DNA of 35,613 bases. Source: Candidatus Parvarchaeota archaeon. GTDB lineage: Archaea > Nanobdellota > Nanobdellia > JAFCGN01 > DAOVEB01. The notes under the pieces are model-generated. The model was not told the DNA's origin, ran no database searches, and saw nothing but the letters and a program-made list of their open reading frames with translations. Positions 32,204 through 35,613 of this stretch are shown here, piece after piece; positions within the stretch are counted from its first letter, which is position 1; every line of letters starts with the position of its first letter. Where the stretch lies: NCBI GenBank assembly GCA_030669205.1, contig DAOVEB010000001.1, positions 1 to 35,613 on the forward strand, in the 5' to 3' direction. Made by a program: the position numbers and the translations under genes.

Positions 32204-34950
32204 GTGACCACCACTATCGCGGGTTTCCCGGGCATTGCGTTGCGAGCCTTGGGTTCCTTGGATTTCTCCTCATGCTCAACCATGACCTTTGCGCGAAAAA
32301 CCAGGTCGTTGAGGAGGGCAAACTCCTGATTAGCAGAGAGCAGGTGCTCCGGCACCTTTGACGGGTCCTTGAGAAGCGACTGTACCACTCCAGCTGTCTC
32401 CTTTCGCCTGAACCTCATGTCCTTCATTATCTCCTTCATGACAGCATTGAACGGTGTTCCCCTGTCCAGATGCGACTTAACAGCCGAGACCAGCTTGTAC
32501 TTCCAGCCAGACGCCACTACTATCTTGACTGACTTCGGCTTCTTTCCAATGATTTTAGTTATGTGGTTTATGTCTTTGGCAACGTTGTCCAGGTAGTTCT
32601 CTCCAACAACAACCGATTCGTCAACGTATCTTTTCACAACCTTCGGCCATTTAGCGTTATGAACAAGGGTTTTGTGGAACTTTGAATGAATCTCCTCTGC
32701 CAAGTGCGGAGCGAATGGTACCAGGAGCTTGGCAAAGGTTTCCATCGCGTACTCCATAGTCTTCCTGTCAGGTTTGTCTATTTTTGACAGGTACTTGGTT
32801 ATGTCTCCGAGCATCCCATGAAAAGCGTGCTGCAGGGCCTGGCGGTTCATGAGTTGCTCCAGGAACTCTGTTGTGTACCTGATGCGCTCCTGTACCATTG
32901 CCAGGAGCCATCTATCCATTGTCCGCTTCTTGTATGACTTCATGTCTTTGACCGAGTCGGTTGCTGCGAGTATCCTCTTCACCTTTCTGAGGAAAGCCAT
33001 GGCGTTCTCGGACCTGAAGTCCGGGTCGTCCAACCCTTCTGCTGTGTCCAGTATCGAAACCCTGAACGCGTCCGCACCGAACTTCTCAAGAACATCTGAA
33101 AGAGGCAGGAAGTTGCCTAAAGACTTGGACATCTTCTGCCCCTCATTCCTCACCCAACCGTTGACAGATATGGCCCTCGGCCACTTGTCCTCGGGGAACA
33201 AGGCCACATGGTTGTAGATGAAGAAGCAAAGATGGTGGGGGACTAAGTCCTTGCCGCTTCCGCGCAAATCGACCGGATAGAAGTAATCAAACTCCTTCTT
33301 TATCCGGTCCAGCATGCTCTTTGGAAGTCCTGTTCTCTCGACGTCAACCTCCCTGTCCAAAAGCACATGGTCAAAGAACTCATCTGTGAGGTTGTTCTCA
33401 CCTACAAGTCCGGCATTTATGTACTTGGCTATGATGTAGTAAGCCATGTAAATTGTCGAGTCAGACAGTGGTTCGACTATCCAATTATTATCCCAGGGCA
33501 GAGGGGTTCCAAGTCCCGATTTCCTTGCACAAGCCTTGTCAATCATGTTGTTTATTGAGTTCTCGAACCACTGACGGGCCTCTTCAGGATAGATTTTCAT
33601 CTTTGACAGGCAGCGAAGCGCACGGGACTTCCACTTCCTGTCACTGTACTTTATGAACCACTGGTTCCTTATCATCTTCACATGGTTCGGGGTTTTGCAC
33701 CTGCACACAACAGGCTCACTCGTGTCGTAAAGAACTGCGGCCCAGTCCCTGTTCCCAAAGTAGTTCATTATCTCTTCCTTTGTCCCGGAAACGCGCCTGC
33801 CAGCGAACTTGCCGCATCTCTCGTTCATGACCCCTTTGTGGAACTCATTTCTGTAAACTGTGTTGGTTGCCTTCTCAAGTTTGGGGTCGTCCTGTGAGCG
33901 GATTCCCATCTCTTCGCAGACGCCAACAGCCGGATGCTGGGGGAAGTTTGGCGTGTCTATGAGATGGATGTAGTCCAGCCTCTTTTTCAGGTCAACCAGG
34001 GCAGCATGGTCGTACGGTGCGTGGCTTGGCACCGACATAACAATACCTGTCCCGTTCTCAGGTTTCACAAATGATGCTGGAAGTATAGGGGCTTCGTCCC
34101 CGTTCACCGGGTTTGTACACACATTCCCAACCAGTTTGGCCCCCTTGACCTTCCCAGCCCTTGCAAGAGCATAGTCCTGGTCTTTCAGTTTTGTGAATGC
34201 ATCCTCGCTCAACAGCCAAGTCTCACCACCAAGTCGCGCCTTGACGTATTCAGTATCAGGATTCACCCACATGTTGGTGACTCCATAAGTTGTTTCAGGT
34301 CGGAGCGTGGCAGCCGGAACAATCATCTCCCCGCACCTGAATTTTATCACAGTATATTTGAGGATTGTTGCGTTTTCACCCTGTAGCCTGTCATGGCTGC
34401 CTGTAGGGCTATCGCATGACGGACAGTATACCACTGGATGGAGACCCTTGCCTATGAGACCCATCCCCCTGAGGCGCAGGAACTGCCATCTGACAAAGGC
34501 GCTGTAGCAGGGATTCAGTGAGGTCGTAAAAAATGTCCTGCGCCAGTCTATTGCAAAGCCGGCCTTATGGAACTGTTTCTCCCATTCTCCTATAAAATAG
34601 CGTGCCATTGTCTCCGGATCGCTGAAGGATGGTATCACGCTATCAGGAACCCCTGCAACTTTGAAGATTTTGAACTGCTCCTTGTCCTTTGCTGCGATGC
34701 GCTTTGCAGCACCCATGAGGGGCTCGCCGGTCATATGCCAGCCCTGAGGGAACAGGGAGTTGTAGCCCTGCATGCGTTTGAACCGGGCAACCATGTCGAC
34801 CCGTACGGCAGAGTATGTATGGCCAATGTGCGGCGGGCAGTTGACGTACGGGTAGGGAAAGGTTACAAAGTATTTTTTCCCCTCTGGCTCTGCCTCAAAG
34901 ATTTTTGACTTGTGCCATCTCTCCTGCCACCTTTTCTCAATCTCAATCAA
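32200..34950 (-). CDS. leuS: Leucyl-tRNA synthetase, archaeal type
   Basis: HIGH motif PYVNCPPHIGHTYS, KMSKS motif GQKMSKSLGN, an editing-domain-sized insertion, 916 aa. Apparent TTG start with no in-frame ATG nearby. Confidence 0.96.
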   Translation of the reverse strand: MIEIEKRWQERWHKSKIFEAEPEGKKYFVTFPYPYVNCPPHIGHTYSAVRVDMVARFKRMQGYNSLFPQGWHMTGEPLMGAAKRIAAKDKEQFKIFKVAGVPDSVIPSFSDPETMARYFIGEWEKQFHKAGFAIDWRRTFFTTSLNPCYSAFVRWQFLRLRGMGLIGKGLHPVVYCPSCDSPTGSHDRLQGENATILKYTVIKFRCGEMIVPAATLRPETTYGVTNMWVNPDTEYVKARLGGETWLLSEDAFTKLKDQDYALARAGKVKGAKLVGNVCTNPVNGDEAPILPASFVKPENGTGIVMSVPSHAPYDHAALVDLKKRLDYIHLIDTPNFPQHPAVGVCEEMGIRSQDDPKLEKATNTVYRNEFHKGVMNERCGKFAGRRVSGTKEEIMNYFGNRDWAAVLYDTSEPVVCRCKTPNHVKMIRNQWFIKYSDRKWKSRALRCLSKMKIYPEEARQWFENSINNMIDKACARKSGLGTPLPWDNNWIVEPLSDSTIYMAYYIIAKYINAGLVGENNLTDEFFDHVLLDREVDVERTGLPKSMLDRIKKEFDYFYPVDLRGSGKDLVPHHLCFFIYNHVALFPEDKWPRAISVNGWVRNEGQKMSKSLGNFLPLSDVLEKFGADAFRVSILDTAEGLDDPDFRSENAMAFLRKVKRILAATDSVKDMKSYKKRTMDRWLLAMVQERIRYTTEFLEQLMNRQALQHAFHGMLGDITKYLSKIDKPDRKTMEYAMETFAKLLVPFAPHLAEEIHSKFHKTLVHNAKWPKVVKRYVDESVVVGENYLDNVAKDINHITKIIGKKPKSVKIVVASGWKYKLVSAVKSHLDRGTPFNAVMKEIMKDMRFRRKETAGVVQSLLKDPSKVPEHLLSANQEFALLNDLVFRAKVMVEHEEKSKEPKARNAMPGKPAIVVVT

Positions 34951-34995
34951 AGTACTGCCTCTGGGTGTGTAAGGTATGTAACCTAAGACGTGATT

Positions 34996-35002
34996 AAAAA
35001 AA
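34996..35002 (-). terminator. T7 tract downstream of rpl10e; doubles as part of the leuS TATA region
   Basis: The minus strand reads AAGTTTTTTTAAT starting about 10 nt after the rpl10e stop and about 45 nt upstream of the leuS start. Confidence 0.35.
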
Positions 35003-35011
35003 CTTTGGAAA

Positions 35012-35533
35012 TTAGGATGATGTTACAACAACTGTTGTCTTGCACGGAAGTTTCTTCCCTGCCTTTTTCAGGGACTCCAACGCATTGTCCAGGTTCTCCT
35101 TGTTAACCCTGATATACATGAGTTCCTGCCCTTCCCTGACCCTCGCAGCCGTCCCGATTGATTTCCCGTAAGCTTTCTGCATGCCGGTTGAGAAACGGTC
35201 TGCGCCCGCGCCTGTTGCCAGTGCATGCTCCCTCATCACATGGTGGGGAAATATCTTTATCTTGAAGTGGTACAGCGCCTTTCCAACCTTTCTGGACATA
35301 TTCTTGTTTACAGCTATACGCGCTGATTCGAGCGCGTTGTGCCTTATGTTGATTGCTGTCTTGGAAAACAGGGAAACCCTGTCCGTGAACTCTCCAGACC
35401 TGTTACCCATCTCAAATATCCGTATCTTTGAAGCGGGCACACCTCCTACGAAGTTCTTTTTCCTGTACTTGGACTTCCTGGTGAAAGGACGCTTCAACTT
35501 GCGGTACGCGCTGGCTGGTCTGAGCCTTGCCAT
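35012..35533 (-). CDS. rpl10e: 50S ribosomal protein L10e (uL16)
   Basis: MARLRPASAYRKLKRPFTRKSKYRKKNFVGGVP..IRIFEMGN is the typical L10e N-terminus. 173 aa. Confidence 0.93.
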   Translation of the reverse strand: MARLRPASAYRKLKRPFTRKSKYRKKNFVGGVPASKIRIFEMGNRSGEFTDRVSLFSKTAINIRHNALESARIAVNKNMSRKVGKALYHFKIKIFPHHVMREHALATGAGADRFSTGMQKAYGKSIGTAARVREGQELMYIRVNKENLDNALESLKKAGKKLPCKTTVVVTSS

Positions 35534-35554
35534 GGAAAGGTGTGTGTCCGGCTG

Positions 35555-35563
35555 TTTTATAAA
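35555..35563 (-). promoter_or_regulatory. TATA box (TTTATAAAA on the minus strand) for rpl10e
   Basis: Centre lies about 26 nt upstream of ATG 35533. Confidence 0.45.
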
Positions 35564-35613
35564 CTTTTCAGTCCGGCATCTTTTCAGAAAAATCTGTACG
35601 ATTACTGTCGCAG

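Noticed and set aside
32369-34908. Plus-strand ORFs inside leuS, for example 32849-33217 and 34567-34908.
   Set aside because: They are shadow ORFs opposite a full-length LeuRS with HIGH and KMSKS motifs.
1-35613. Search for tRNA, rRNA, CRISPR repeats, transposases or integrases, and long direct or terminal repeats flanking the giant gene.
   Set aside because: The intergenic spacers are at most about 115 nt and none folds into a cloverleaf by eye. I noticed no repeated 25-40 nt units and recognised no recombinase-like ORF. An exhaustive repeat search was not possible by hand.

Overview
The window is an archaeal chromosomal segment of about 40 tightly packed genes. Evidence for archaeal origin: type II GAPDH, ribosomal protein L10e/uL16, an archaeal-type LeuRS, a histone-fold protein, and TATA boxes about 25-30 nt upstream of start codons, which implies mostly leaderless mRNAs. 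I saw no rRNA, tRNA, CRISPR array or mobile element. Housekeeping genes are uppS, gap and pgk (divergent), prs, leuS and rpl10e. Transport genes are a MacB/FtsX-type ABC system with a CARDB-like surface protein, an ABC-2 exporter, a PhoU/TrkA-C regulator with two MgtE-like half-permeases, and an APC permease. The outstanding feature is one uninterrupted 9,321-nt ORF (16798-26118, 3,106 aa). It encodes a signal peptide, a seven-blade FG-GAP-like propeller and about 1,900 aa of Ig-like modules very rich in N-x-S/T sequons. These are followed by a proline hinge with a four-Cys module, CARDB-like domains, a single TM helix, and a cytoplasmic HerA/FtsK-type P-loop ATPase. It is translationally coupled to a coiled-coil protein with a MIT/TPR-like C-terminus and to a tail-anchored zinc-ribbon protein. 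I propose this as a candidate uncharacterised envelope adhesin-translocase system. A tight seven-gene membrane cluster converges on it: a surface protein, an active site-2 protease, a DUF457 hydrolase, a site-2 protease paralog lacking HExxH, a PRC barrel, and a split 2TM/PH-like gene. All calls rest on motif recognition by eye; no searches were run.
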